From Desulfomicrobium sp. (lineage in GTDB: Bacteria; Desulfobacterota; Desulfovibrionia; Desulfovibrionales; Desulfomicrobiaceae), in contig JAXGMI010000001.1 in the NCBI GenBank assembly GCA_040768745.1, positions 1,664,001 through 1,728,000 on the forward strand: DNA of 64,000 bases, read 5' to 3'. Numbering within the stretch: position 1 is the stretch's first letter; each line of letters starts with the position of its first letter. The translations under genes and the position numbers were made by a program. The notes under the pieces were generated by a model. It was given only the letters and a program-made list of their open reading frames with translations. It had not been told where the DNA came from and did no database searches. Below are positions 1-9,494 of the stretch, piece after piece.

Positions 1-1272
1 ATTCTGGATTTCGACCGCCAGCACATCTGGCACCCGTATACGTCCATGCGCGACCCCCTGCCCGTGCGCGAGGTAGTCTCCGCGTCTGGTGTGCGTCTGC
101 GCCTTTCCGACGGCCGGGAACTGATCGATGGCATGTCCTCCTGGTGGGCGGCCATCCACGGCTACAACCACCCGGTCCTGAACGCCGCCATAACAAACCA
201 GCTTTCGCGCATGGCCCATGTCATGTTCGGTGGCCTGACGCATGAGCCAGCCGTGGAACTTTGCCGCACCCTTGTGAATATGACCCCTCCCTCTTTGACG
301 AGAGTATTTCTGGCGGATTCGGGTTCTGTGGCCGTGGAAGTGGCCATCAAGATGGCCTTCCAGTTCTGGATCTGTCAGGGCAGGCCGGAAAAGAGCAGAC
401 TTTTGACCATTCGCGGGGGGTACCACGGCGACACCTTCGCGGCCATGAGCGTGTGCGATCCGGTCAACGGTATGCATGAAATTTTTGCCAATGTCCTGCC
501 CCGGCATTATTTCCTCCCCCGTCCGCGCTGCCGGTTTGGAGAGGATTGGGACGAGGCGGACGCTGCTCCCGTGCGCGATGTCCTGGAGCGCCACCACCGG
601 GAAATCGCGGCTGTCATCCTGGAACCCGTGGTGCAGGGCGCGGGAGGGATGCACTTCTATCATCCCATGTACTTGAAGAGAGTACGTGAATTGTGTGACG
701 CATTCGACGTGCTGCTCATCGCCGACGAGATCGCCACCGGCTTCGGGCGCACGGGTAAGCTCTTCGCCTGCGAGCATGCCGAGATCAGTCCAGACATATT
801 GTGCCTGGGCAAGGCATTGACAGGCGGATATATGACCCTGGCCGCGACCCTGGCCACGGATCGCGTGGCCGAGGGGGTGTGCGCGGGTCGACCCGGGGTG
901 TTCATGCATGGTCCCACGTTTATGGCCAACCCCTTGGCCTGCGCCGTGGCCAGGTCCTCATTGGAGGTGCTGGTTAAAAACAATTGGGCCGCGCAATCGG
1001 CCAGGATCGAGGCTTTGCTCAACCAAGGTCTTGATCCGTGCCGAAAATTGCCATATGTGTATAATGTACGAGTCCTCGGATCCATAGGGGTAGTGGAGCT
1101 CCGGGAGCCCGTACAGATGGCCGAAATTCAGACCGCTTTTATCGAAGAGGGCGTCTGGGTTCGTCCCTTTGGCCGTTTGGTGTACGTGATGCCTCCATAC
1201 ATCATGGAAGACCAGGACCTGGCCGTTTTGACCAAATCCTTGGTTCGGGTGGTGGAAGTGCATTGCAGTTGA
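1..1272 (+). CDS. bioA: Adenosylmethionine-8-amino-7-oxononanoate aminotransferase (5' end lies before the window)
   Basis: Frame open from base 1 ([16 protein letters not shown]); BioA motifs [27 protein letters not shown] lysine in [21 protein letters not shown]. Confidence 0.96.
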   Translation: MLDFDRQHIWHPYTSMRDPLPVREVVSASGVRLRLSDGRELIDGMSSWWAAIHGYNHPVLNAAITNQLSRMAHVMFGGLTHEPAVELCRTLVNMTPPSLTRVFLADSGSVAVEVAIKMAFQFWICQGRPEKSRLLTIRGGYHGDTFAAMSVCDPVNGMHEIFANVLPRHYFLPRPRCRFGEDWDEADAAPVRDVLERHHREIAAVILEPVVQGAGGMHFYHPMYLKRVRELCDAFDVLLIADEIATGFGRTGKLFACEHAEISPDILCLGKALTGGYMTLAATLATDRVAEGVCAGRPGVFMHGPTFMANPLACAVARSSLEVLVKNNWAAQSARIEALLNQGLDPCRKLPYVYNVRVLGSIGVVELREPVQMAEIQTAFIEEGVWVRPFGRLVYVMPPYIMEDQDLAVLTKSLVRVVEVHCS

Positions 1273-1340
1273 TGTTCTCCTCCCCCGTCCACAAACGACC
1301 GGTTGTCGCTGTGGGCGGCAGCCCAAAAGGAGAACATCGG

Positions 1341-2786
1341 ATGCAAAAAAATTACGCGTGGCTGTTCTGCCTGGCCGCCATTGGCCTGGGATTTTTCGGC
1401 GCGTTGCCCGATGCCTTGGCCGCAGACGGGGACCTGCATCATGAGGCCGAGGAAATCGGAAAGCACCTGGGCGTGATGTGGGTGGTGCCCTTCGCATGCA
1501 TGCTCCTGTCCATCGCCATTATGCCCCTGGCCATTCCCCACTTCTGGCATCATCACTACGGCAAGGTCTCCGCGTTCTGGGGTCTGGCCTTTCTGGTGCC
1601 CTTCGCCCTGGTCCACGGGCTCGATCTGGCCTTCTATTCCGTAGTGCACACCCTGTTGCTGGAGTATATCTCCTTCATTGTCCTGCTCTTTTCGCTGTTC
1701 ACCATTGCCGGTGGGGTGTGCCTGCGCGGGTCCCTGGTGGGCAAGCCTGTGGTCAACACGGTCATCCTGCTGATCGGGACCCTGCTGGCCAGTTGGATGG
1801 GGACCACCGGCGCGGCCATGCTGCTCATCCGGCCGCTCATGCGGGCCATCTCGCACCGCAAGTACAAGGTGCACACCATCGTCTTCTTCATCTTCCTGGT
1901 GGCCAACATCGGCGGCAGCCTGACTCCCCTGGGCGACCCCCCGCTGTTTCTGGGCTTCCTGAAGGGTGTGTCCTTTTTCTGGACCACGATCCACATGCTC
2001 ATCCCCTTCGCGGTCCTCTCGGCCATCCTGCTGGGCCTGTATTTTGCCATCGACACCTACCTGTTCAACAAGGAAGGCCGCCCCGAGTCCCCTGACGCAG
2101 GACAGGATGGACGCCTGCGTCTGGAAGGAACCCACAACCTGCTCCTGCTGGGCGGCGTGATCGCCGGCGTGCTCATGAGCGGCATGTGGAAGCCCAAGGG
2201 AGGGATGACAATCTATCACGTGCACGTCGAGCTGCAGAACATCGTGCGCGACATCCTGCTCCTGGTCCTGGCCGCCGTGAGCCTCAAGACCACGGCCGCG
2301 GAGATCCGGCGCCGAAACGAGTTCGACTGGGAGCCCATCCGCGAGGTGGCCAAGCTTTTCGCCGGCATCTTCATCTCCATGATTCCGGCCATCTCCATCC
2401 TGCGCGCGGGCATGGACGGCGCCCTGCGCGGCGTCATCTCCATGGTCAAGACAGCCGACGGCCTGGACAATCACACCATGTACTTCTGGCTGTCCGGCGG
2501 TCTTTCGAGTTTCCTGGACAACGCCCCAACCTATCTGGTCTTCTTCAACACCGCCGGCGGCGACCCGCAACGGCTCATGAGCGAGGTCGGCACGCTGCTG
2601 GCCATCTCGGCGGGCGCGGTGTTCATGGGCGCCAACACGTACATCGGCAACGCTCCGAACTTCATGGTCCGGTCCATAGCCGAGTCCGGCGGGATCAAGA
2701 TGCCCAGCTTCTTCGGGTACATGGCCTGGTCCGTGGGCATCCTGGTGCCGTGCTTCGTGCTCATGAACATCCTCTTCTTCCACTAA
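1341..2786 (+). CDS. Ion-transporter (ArsB/NhaD-like) superfamily sodium:proton antiporter-like permease, copy 1
   Basis: Many TM helices; ANIGGSLTPLGDPPL, LSSFLDNAPTY and YIGNAPN motifs; AGGAGA RBS before ATG 1341. Confidence 0.85.
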   Translation: MQKNYAWLFCLAAIGLGFFGALPDALAADGDLHHEAEEIGKHLGVMWVVPFACMLLSIAIMPLAIPHFWHHHYGKVSAFWGLAFLVPFALVHGLDLAFYSVVHTLLLEYISFIVLLFSLFTIAGGVCLRGSLVGKPVVNTVILLIGTLLASWMGTTGAAMLLIRPLMRAISHRKYKVHTIVFFIFLVANIGGSLTPLGDPPLFLGFLKGVSFFWTTIHMLIPFAVLSAILLGLYFAIDTYLFNKEGRPESPDAGQDGRLRLEGTHNLLLLGGVIAGVLMSGMWKPKGGMTIYHVHVELQNIVRDILLLVLAAVSLKTTAAEIRRRNEFDWEPIREVAKLFAGIFISMIPAISILRAGMDGALRGVISMVKTADGLDNHTMYFWLSGGLSSFLDNAPTYLVFFNTAGGDPQRLMSEVGTLLAISAGAVFMGANTYIGNAPNFMVRSIAESGGIKMPSFFGYMAWSVGILVPCFVLMNILFFH

Positions 2787-2826
2787 ATCGAAAGCAGGGC
2801 GGCTCTGCCGCCATGGAGGAACGACC

Positions 2827-3291
2827 ATGATAAAGGTAGAAAAAGTGCTTATCCCGGTGGACGGGTCCGATTCGTCCAGGAATGCGACCAAGTACGGCGC
2901 GCACCTAGTCAATTCCAGAGACCCGAAGATCTACCTGCTGAACGTCACGGAGCCGGTGAACATGACCATCGGCGGAGAGATGGCCGAGCGGGTGCGCAAG
3001 GCGGCCGAGGCCAAATCCCTGGCCCTTCTGGAGGAATACAAGAAACTGCTCGAGCCCTGCGGTATGGACGTGGAACTCATCTCGCGCAGCGGCCGTCCGG
3101 ACTACGTGATTCTGAACGTCCAGGACGAGCTGGACTGCGACCTCATCGTCATCGGCTCCCGCGGCCTCTCTGTCCTGGAGAACGTGATCATGGGCAGCGT
3201 GGTCACCCGCGTGCTGGAAGGGGCGACCTGTCCGGTGCTGGTCACCCGCAACCTCAGGCTGAAGTATCTGCAGGACGCCTGCGGACTCTGA
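2827..3291 (+). CDS. Universal stress protein (UspA family), copy 1
   Basis: VLIPVDGS N-terminus; DLIVIGSRG...MGSV and CPVLV motifs; GGAGG RBS. Confidence 0.93.
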   Translation: MIKVEKVLIPVDGSDSSRNATKYGAHLVNSRDPKIYLLNVTEPVNMTIGGEMAERVRKAAEAKSLALLEEYKKLLEPCGMDVELISRSGRPDYVILNVQDELDCDLIVIGSRGLSVLENVIMGSVVTRVLEGATCPVLVTRNLRLKYLQDACGL

Positions 3292-3316
3292 TTTCGCTTC
3301 GAGGGAATGCATTACG

Positions 3317-3348
3317 GGTCGGCCTCCGTAAGGGGGCCGGCCTTTTTT
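3317..3348 (+). terminator. Rho-independent terminator after USP copy 1
   Basis: GGTCGGCCTCC-GTAA-GGGGGCCGGCC stem followed by TTTTTT. Confidence 0.85.
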
Positions 3349-3761
3349 CATCATTCCCCGGTTTCTTGGAAAGAATGGAATGGTTCCAGGCGCATGGGGA
3401 TGTTTTTTTCCTGCTTGTCTGGATTTGTGATGCATCGTCCGCAGGGCGCGACTGACAGGGTCTTGCTCGAGGCTCTTGCTCCAATCGATGATATGTTATA
3501 TTCGGCTCGCCGTGAGCGTGCTGGGTTCCATGGCCATCGTTTTTTGACGCCAGTGCGCAGGACAGATCCGGAAGCCCCTTGCAAAGTTGCATCCGGATTC
3601 GCCCTCGGGAAGTTGGCAGGAATGATGTCATCACATCATCATGGGCCAGATCTGTTTTTTGTCAGGGTGTCGAGAGATGGGCTGGGCGCCGGTCACGATG
3701 CCTTCAACGTTCATGTGAATGGTGCGTCGCGCCAAGCGGCGGCCCAAAAGGAGAACATGGG

Positions 3762-5201
3762 ATGCGAAAGAGTTCTGTCTGGTTTGTTTGCCTGGCGGTC
3801 ATTGGTCTGGGTGTGTTCGGCATGTTGCCCGATGTCTGGGCCTCGGGAGGGGATCTCCATCACCAAGCCGAGGAAATCGGCAAACATTTGGGTGGGCTGT
3901 GGGTTGTGCCCTTTGCCTGTATGCTTCTCTCCATTGCCATCATGCCCCTGGCCATGCCCCATTTCTGGCACCATCATTATGGCAAGGTGGCAGCATTCTG
4001 GGGGCTGGCATACCTGATACCCTTTGCCATTAGCCACGGGTTCGATCTAGCGCTGTATCAAGTTGCGCACACTATGTTCCTGGAATACTTTTCTTTTTTA
4101 ATTCTGCTCTTTTCACTTTTCACCATCGCCGGCGGCGTGTGCCTGCGCGGATCCCTGGTAGGCAAACCGCAGGTCAACACCGCCATTCTGCTGATTGGCA
4201 CCCTGCTGGCCAGCTGGATGGGGACCACCGGTGCGGCCATGCTGCTCATCCGGCCGCTGATGAGAGCCATCTCCCACCGCAAATACAAGATTCACACCAT
4301 CGTCTTTTTCATCTTCCTGGTGGCCAATGTCGGCGGCAGCCTGACGCCCCTTGGCGACCCGCCACTGTTTCTCGGCTTCCTGAAGGGCGTGTCCTTCTTC
4401 TGGACCACCGTGCATCTTTTTATGCCCTTTGCAGTTGTTTCTGGCATCCTTTTGGCCATTTACTTTGTTATTGACACGGTCCTCTTCAATAAGGAAGGCC
4501 GGCCCGAATCCCCGGATGCGGGCAAGGACGGTAAGCTGCGCCTGGAAGGCTCCCACAACTTGCTCCTGCTGGCCGGCGTGGTCGGCGGTGTGCTCATGAG
4601 CGGCATGTGGAAGCCAGAAGGTGGATTCAGCATTTATCATGTGCATGTGGAGCTCCAGAATGTCGTGCGTGACATCCTGCTTCTTGTCCTGGCCGCCATC
4701 AGCCTGAAGACCACTTCCACAGAGATCCGACGTCGCAATGAATTTGAATGGGAGCCAATCCGTGAAGTGGCCAAGCTGTTCTTGGGCATTTTCATTTCCA
4801 TGATCCCGGCGATAGCCATTCTCCGTGCGGGAGAGGAAGGTGCTCTGCGCAGTCTCATCGCCCTGGTCTCGACCAACGGCGTACCCAACAACGCCATGTA
4901 TTTCTGGCTGACCGGAGCTTTGTCGAGTTTCCTGGACAACGCCCCGACCTACCTGGTGTTCTTCAACACTGCTGGCGGTGATGCGAACGCTCTGATGAAT
5001 CAGGTACCGACGCTCATGGCCATTTCTGCTGGTGCGGTGTTCATGGGTGCCAACACGTATATCGGCAACGCTCCGAACTTCATGGTCCGGTCCATAGCCG
5101 AGTCAGGCGGGATCAAGATGCCCAGTTTCTTCGGGTACATGGCCTGGTCAGTGGGCATCCTCATTCCGTGCTTCATACTGACGACCCTGCTCTTTTTCTA
5201 A
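3762..5201 (+). CDS. Ion-transporter superfamily sodium:proton antiporter-like permease, copy 2
   Basis: Paralog of 1341..2786 with the same motifs; same AAAAGGAGAACAT RBS context before ATG 3762. Confidence 0.85.
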   Translation: MRKSSVWFVCLAVIGLGVFGMLPDVWASGGDLHHQAEEIGKHLGGLWVVPFACMLLSIAIMPLAMPHFWHHHYGKVAAFWGLAYLIPFAISHGFDLALYQVAHTMFLEYFSFLILLFSLFTIAGGVCLRGSLVGKPQVNTAILLIGTLLASWMGTTGAAMLLIRPLMRAISHRKYKIHTIVFFIFLVANVGGSLTPLGDPPLFLGFLKGVSFFWTTVHLFMPFAVVSGILLAIYFVIDTVLFNKEGRPESPDAGKDGKLRLEGSHNLLLLAGVVGGVLMSGMWKPEGGFSIYHVHVELQNVVRDILLLVLAAISLKTTSTEIRRRNEFEWEPIREVAKLFLGIFISMIPAIAILRAGEEGALRSLIALVSTNGVPNNAMYFWLTGALSSFLDNAPTYLVFFNTAGGDANALMNQVPTLMAISAGAVFMGANTYIGNAPNFMVRSIAESGGIKMPSFFGYMAWSVGILIPCFILTTLLFF

Positions 5202-5243
5202 TCGCGAGCAAATGGGCGGGCTCACCGCCAGGGAGAAAATCTG

Positions 5244-5708
5244 ATGATCAAGATTGAACGTGTGTTGATACCCGTGGACGGGTCCGATTCGTCCAGGAAT
5301 GCGGCCAAGTACGGGACCCAGCTGGTCAATGCCCGCAACCCCAAGATATACCTGCTGAACGTCTGGGAACCGGTCAACATGACCATCGGCGGGGAGATGG
5401 CCGAAAAACTGCGGCAGAACGCCGAGGCCAAATCCATGGCCATGCTGCAGGAATACAAGAAACTGCTCGAACCCTGCGGCATGGAAATAGAACTCATTTC
5501 CCGCAGCGGCCGTCCGGACTACGTGATTCTGAACGTCCAGGACGAACTGGAGTGCGATCTCATAGTCATCGGTTCACGGGGCCTTTCGGTCCTGGAGAAC
5601 GTGATCATGGGCAGCGTGGTCACGCGGGTGTTGGAAGGAGCCAGCTGTCCTGTGCTGGTGACGCGCAACCTGCGGTTCAAGTACCTGCAGGACGCCTGCG
5701 GAATCTGA
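5244..5708 (+). CDS. Universal stress protein (UspA family), copy 2
   Basis: 154-aa close paralog of 2827..3291. Confidence 0.93.
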   Translation: MIKIERVLIPVDGSDSSRNAAKYGTQLVNARNPKIYLLNVWEPVNMTIGGEMAEKLRQNAEAKSMAMLQEYKKLLEPCGMEIELISRSGRPDYVILNVQDELECDLIVIGSRGLSVLENVIMGSVVTRVLEGASCPVLVTRNLRFKYLQDACGI

Positions 5709-5732
5709 CCCCGGCAGAACAGCAAAGAAACG

Positions 5733-5763
5733 AAAGCCGGCTCCTGGTGGGGCCGGCTTTTTT
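5733..5763 (+). terminator. Rho-independent terminator, probably bidirectional
   Basis: AAAGCCGGCTCC-TGGT-GGGGCCGGCTTT plus T run, between convergent genes. Confidence 0.8.
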
Positions 5764-7121
5764 CATCTGGTGGTCAGGCCATGTTTTTTCAGACGGTACT
5801 GCAGGGTGCGGCGGCTGATGCCCAGGGCCTGGGCCGTACGCTCGCGGTGCCCATGGCATTTGCGCAGAGTCTCCTCCAGCGCCTGGCGTTCGGCGAGTTC
5901 CAGTGGACTGTTCAGAACATGGAGACTGGGCTCAAGCAACGGTCTTTCTTTGTGTTGGAGGTGCTCTGGCAGATCACGCAGATCCAGGATGTCCCCTCGG
6001 CAGAGAATCAAGGATCGCTCCAGCACGTTTTCCAGCTCCCGCACGTTCCCACGCCATTCATGGCGGCCGAGGGCATCAAGGAATTCTCTGGATACCGATC
6101 GGATGGGTTTACTGTTTTTACGACCCAGCTTGGCAAGGAGAAAATCAACCAGCAAGGGGATGTCCTCCGGGCGTTCGCGCAGGGGGGGGATGCGTATTTC
6201 GAGGACGTTCAGACGGTAATACAGGTCTTCCCGGAATGTGCCTGCGGCAATCATGGCCGGCAGGTCACGGTTGGTGGCGGCAATGAAGCGCACGTCAACA
6301 TTGACCGGGGCCACGCCCCCCAGAGGCTCTACAATCCGTTCCTGCAGGGCTCGCAGGATTTTGGCCTGCAGGGTCAGGGGCAGTTCGCCGATTTCGTCCA
6401 GGAAAAGGGTCCCTCCGCTGGCCAACTGAAAGCGACCGGGTTTGTCCTGGGCCGCTCCGGTGAAGGCTCCGCGGATGTAGCCAAACAGTTCGCTCTCCAG
6501 CAGGCTTTCTGGCAGGGCTGCACAGTTGACCTTGATGAGCGGACCTTTGGCGCGCAAGCTGCGATCATGCAGGAGCTGGGCAGCCAGTTCCTTGCCTGTG
6601 CCGGATTCGCCGAGGATCAGGACATTGGCCTCGCTCGGTCCGACCTGTTCAATGAGCTCTACGACCCGGCGGATGGCTGCGCTGTCCCCGATAATGCGGG
6701 TTTCGCGCATCTGACCGATCTGCTTTTTCAATTCCCGGTTTTCCAAAGCCAGGCGGGAGTGCTCCACGGCTTTCTGGATCACAGCCAAAAGCTCGTCGTT
6801 GTCAGCAGGCTTGGTCAGGTAATGAAAAGCCCCGCTCTTCATGGCTTCCACCGCGCTGCCCACATTGCCAAAGGCAGTGAGCATGATCACCGGCGGAAAG
6901 GTTCCTTGTTCCTGGAGCCGCTGCAGCACCTCCAGGCCGTTCATGCCCGGCATGCGCATGTCGAGCAGAATGGCGTCAACCTGCTTGCTTCGCAGCAGAT
7001 TCAGACCCGTGGATCCGTTGTCGGCTTCGAGGACTTTGAACCCCGCATCACCCAGGACAACGCGGACCATGAGTCGGTGGGCTGGTTCATCGTCAATGAT
7101 CAGGACTGTGTGTTGCGTCAT
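5763..7121 (-). CDS. Sigma54-dependent response regulator, ZraR/HydG-like (REC-AAA-Fis HTH)
   Basis: IIDDE and LLDMRMPG receiver; GESGTGKE, GAFTGA, LFLDEIGE; C-terminal LGISRRTL HTH. Confidence 0.9.
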   Translation of the reverse strand: MTQHTVLIIDDEPAHRLMVRVVLGDAGFKVLEADNGSTGLNLLRSKQVDAILLDMRMPGMNGLEVLQRLQEQGTFPPVIMLTAFGNVGSAVEAMKSGAFHYLTKPADNDELLAVIQKAVEHSRLALENRELKKQIGQMRETRIIGDSAAIRRVVELIEQVGPSEANVLILGESGTGKELAAQLLHDRSLRAKGPLIKVNCAALPESLLESELFGYIRGAFTGAAQDKPGRFQLASGGTLFLDEIGELPLTLQAKILRALQERIVEPLGGVAPVNVDVRFIAATNRDLPAMIAAGTFREDLYYRLNVLEIRIPPLRERPEDIPLLVDFLLAKLGRKNSKPIRSVSREFLDALGRHEWRGNVRELENVLERSLILCRGDILDLRDLPEHLQHKERPLLEPSLHVLNSPLELAERQALEETLRKCHGHRERTAQALGISRRTLQYRLKKHGLTTR

Positions 7122-8809
7122 GCCAGGTTCTCGGCAGGTTGAGGGAAGAAGAGGGAAACAGTCGTTCCCTGGTTTGGGGTTGATGCAATGGACACTGAAC
7201 CGCCATGCTCCTGCATGATGCCGTGGACAATAGCGAGGCCTAAACCCGTTCCGTGATCACGAGTGGTGAAAAAGGGTTCCAGGGCGTGTTCCTGTTCTGC
7301 AGGGGTCATGCCGCGACCATTGTCCTGAACCCGAATCCACACACCGTGGGCACCAGACTCGCTGGTCAGCCGGATCAAGCCCCCAGCCTTCGGGATGGCT
7401 TCCAGGCTGTTTACGATCAGGTTGATAAGGGCCTGCTTGAGTGCATCACGGTCTGCATGCAGCGATCCTGCCTCCAGGTTTTCCTCCAGGCGGCATTGTT
7501 TGGTCTCCAGGTCCATACCCAGAAGGGTGCGCAATTCCCGGAGAATATCCGAAAGAGTGAGGAAGTTACAAGACAATTGGCGGGGCTTGGCCAGGAAAAG
7601 GAGGTCCGTGATGACTCGATTCAGGCGGTCAGCCTCCTGAACCATAGTCCGGGCGTAGAGCTCTTCCGGGTCTCGGCCGGCCAGTTTCTTGGAGAAGAAT
7701 TGGGCGAACCCCCGCAATGCCGAGAGGGGGTTGCGGATCTCGTGGGCCACTCCCGCGGCCATGCGGCCGATGGCGGCCAGTTTTTCATTGCGATGCAGCT
7801 CCTGCTCCAGACCGGCCAACTCGGTCCGGTCGCGGATGAGGATGAGCCCTTGCCCGGAACCGTCCTTGAGCGGAAGACGGAGGATCTCCAAGTTCTTGCC
7901 CGCTGTCGTGCATGTGCTCCACTCCTGTTCTCCTTGTGGGGGAAGGTTCAGTCCCAAGGAGCAGAAAAGGCGGGCAAAGGGCTGTCCGATGACATCCTGT
8001 CCCTCCAGAAGCATCAAGGCCGCAGGATTGGCAGCCATGACAGTGCCGTCAGCGGAAATGGTCAGCAGGCCGTCGGGCATGTTGTCCAGGAGACGGGCGT
8101 TGAAGGATTCCAGACGCTGCAATCGTCGGCCCTGGTCCTTTCGCTGCATGAAGCTCATGAACAGAATCCAGAACACAATGGTCACAGCCAAAATATAGCC
8201 GGTTTGCAGGATGGCTGTGCGCTTGTACTTGCTGAATGAGGCGAGATGTTGGGTCATATCCACGCCAATGAGCAGCAGTGGAGGCTGGCTGTCCGGTGGA
8301 CATTGGCCATCCGTGCATTGGCCGCCCACGGCCAAGTGGCTGATCCGACCCAGAACCAAGATGGGCTGACCTTCGAAATTCATCTCCCCGCTCCATTCCC
8401 CTGCATTGCCCATGCGTTCCCAGGCGATGGTTGGCAACTGAAGTTGAATGGATCTGGGATCGTTGTGCGAGGAAAAGAGGATGTGCCCCAGGGGATTGAA
8501 GAGGCCGATAAACCGGGCGTCGGTACGGGTGATGTATTCCTGCAGGAGGTCTTTGATCTGGTTCCGATGCATGAGCAGAGCCGCGTGGGAATGTGCCGCC
8601 GCAGCGGGCAGGTGCAGTTCCCGGCGCAGGTTGATCTCCATCCCGGCAGCGATAGAACGGGCGGTAACGAGGGCGTGTTCGCGAAAGGAGTCCTGCTGCT
8701 GACGCAAATTACGCCAGGTGGAGAAGCTGAGAGCTATGCCCAGGACAAATACGGCCAACGTGGCGACCAAGATCGTCGGGCCGCTTCGATCAGGAATGAC
8801 GACATCCAT
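7118..8809 (-). CDS. Membrane sensor histidine kinase, ZraS-like
   Basis: Two TM segments, PAS-like region, H-box AHEIRNPL, DNGRG and GTGLGL; overlaps the regulator start; start placed at MDVVIP. Confidence 0.88.
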   Translation of the reverse strand: MDVVIPDRSGPTILVATLAVFVLGIALSFSTWRNLRQQQDSFREHALVTARSIAAGMEINLRRELHLPAAAAHSHAALLMHRNQIKDLLQEYITRTDARFIGLFNPLGHILFSSHNDPRSIQLQLPTIAWERMGNAGEWSGEMNFEGQPILVLGRISHLAVGGQCTDGQCPPDSQPPLLLIGVDMTQHLASFSKYKRTAILQTGYILAVTIVFWILFMSFMQRKDQGRRLQRLESFNARLLDNMPDGLLTISADGTVMAANPAALMLLEGQDVIGQPFARLFCSLGLNLPPQGEQEWSTCTTAGKNLEILRLPLKDGSGQGLILIRDRTELAGLEQELHRNEKLAAIGRMAAGVAHEIRNPLSALRGFAQFFSKKLAGRDPEELYARTMVQEADRLNRVITDLLFLAKPRQLSCNFLTLSDILRELRTLLGMDLETKQCRLEENLEAGSLHADRDALKQALINLIVNSLEAIPKAGGLIRLTSESGAHGVWIRVQDNGRGMTPAEQEHALEPFFTTRDHGTGLGLAIVHGIMQEHGGSVSIASTPNQGTTVSLFFPQPAENLA

Positions 8810-8825
8810 GCCGGCCTCGTTGAGC

Positions 8826-8858
8826 AAAAGGGCAAAGGCCGCCGGAGCGGCCTTTGCC
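8826..8858 (-). terminator. Terminator between the zraP-like gene and the kinase
   Basis: 12-bp stem GGCAAAGGCCGC-TCCG-GCGGCCTTTGCC followed by CTTTT on the minus strand. Confidence 0.75.
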
Positions 8859-8884
8859 TGTGCAAGGGAGGGGGAGAGAGGGAT

Positions 8885-9358
8885 TTACGTTCTTGAAGCG
8901 GACGGGCAACACGGGGCGGAACTGGTGCCGTTGCCAGCACCACTGGAGGTTGCTCTGCATTGTGGCCGTGGTCCGCAGCCTCTGCCGGATTCAAAAAGAA
9001 CAGGTTTCCCGGTGATCTCGGACAACTCCAGGCGGTAGTCGGCATTGAGCTTGTTCTTGTTCGCCTGCAGCTCGTTCACCTCGGCCATGATCTTGTCCAG
9101 GGACTTTTGGTCCACAGGTGTGCTGGCAAAGAGGTTTTCCATAGCCTGGTGCTTGGCGCTGAGCTCTTTGTGCAGGGCAAAAAGCCGTTCATGGTGAATG
9201 TCCGTGGCCTTCCGAACTTTTTCTTGCTGTTCCGGAGTCAGGCTGGACATGAAGTCCTGGTAGTGTCCCTGTCCCGGACAGCCGCCCTGGAAGGCCTGAG
9301 CTCCGGCTACAAGGGCCAGGGTCAGAACGAGGGCGGGTATGAGGTTCCTGAGGTACAT
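8885..9358 (-). CDS. Periplasmic ZraP/Spy/CpxP-family heavy-metal sensor or chaperone
   Basis: Signal peptide ending AQA; LTPEQQ motif; helical core; upstream of the ZraS/R-like pair; AGGAG RBS. Confidence 0.8.
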   Translation of the reverse strand: MYLRNLIPALVLTLALVAGAQAFQGGCPGQGHYQDFMSSLTPEQQEKVRKATDIHHERLFALHKELSAKHQAMENLFASTPVDQKSLDKIMAEVNELQANKNKLNADYRLELSEITGKPVLFESGRGCGPRPQCRATSSGAGNGTSSAPCCPSASRT

Positions 9359-9417
9359 GTGAGCTCCTGTCAATCACTTTGGAGAGAGGTTGTGTGCCTT
9401 TTGTTCATCACAGTTAT

Positions 9418-9434
9418 AGCATGCTCCATGCCAA
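9418..9434 (-). promoter_or_regulatory. Sigma54 -24/-12 promoter of the zraP-like gene
   Basis: Minus strand TTGGCATGGAGCATGCT with exact GG-N10-GC spacing, about 60 nt before the ATG. Confidence 0.85.
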
Positions 9435-9450
9435 TTTTTTCTATATTTTA

Positions 9451-9465
9451 TTTCAACGTGTTGAA
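9451..9465. promoter_or_regulatory. Putative IHF site
   Basis: TTTCAACGTGTTG resembles WATCAANNNNTTR, next to an AT tract, between the sigma54 promoter and the putative UAS. Confidence 0.5.
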
Positions 9466-9494
9466 TCTTGATTGAGCTGCGACGCATGGATTTA

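Noticed and set aside
3613..3629. Sigma54 promoter upstream of antiporter copy 2 (TTGGCAGGAATGATGTC)
   Set aside because: The -12 position reads GT rather than GC and lacks TTGC; too weak to call
3307..4017. 236-aa ORF across the region between the duplicated modules
   Set aside because: Crosses a terminator, overlaps antiporter copy 2 out of frame, and has atypical composition
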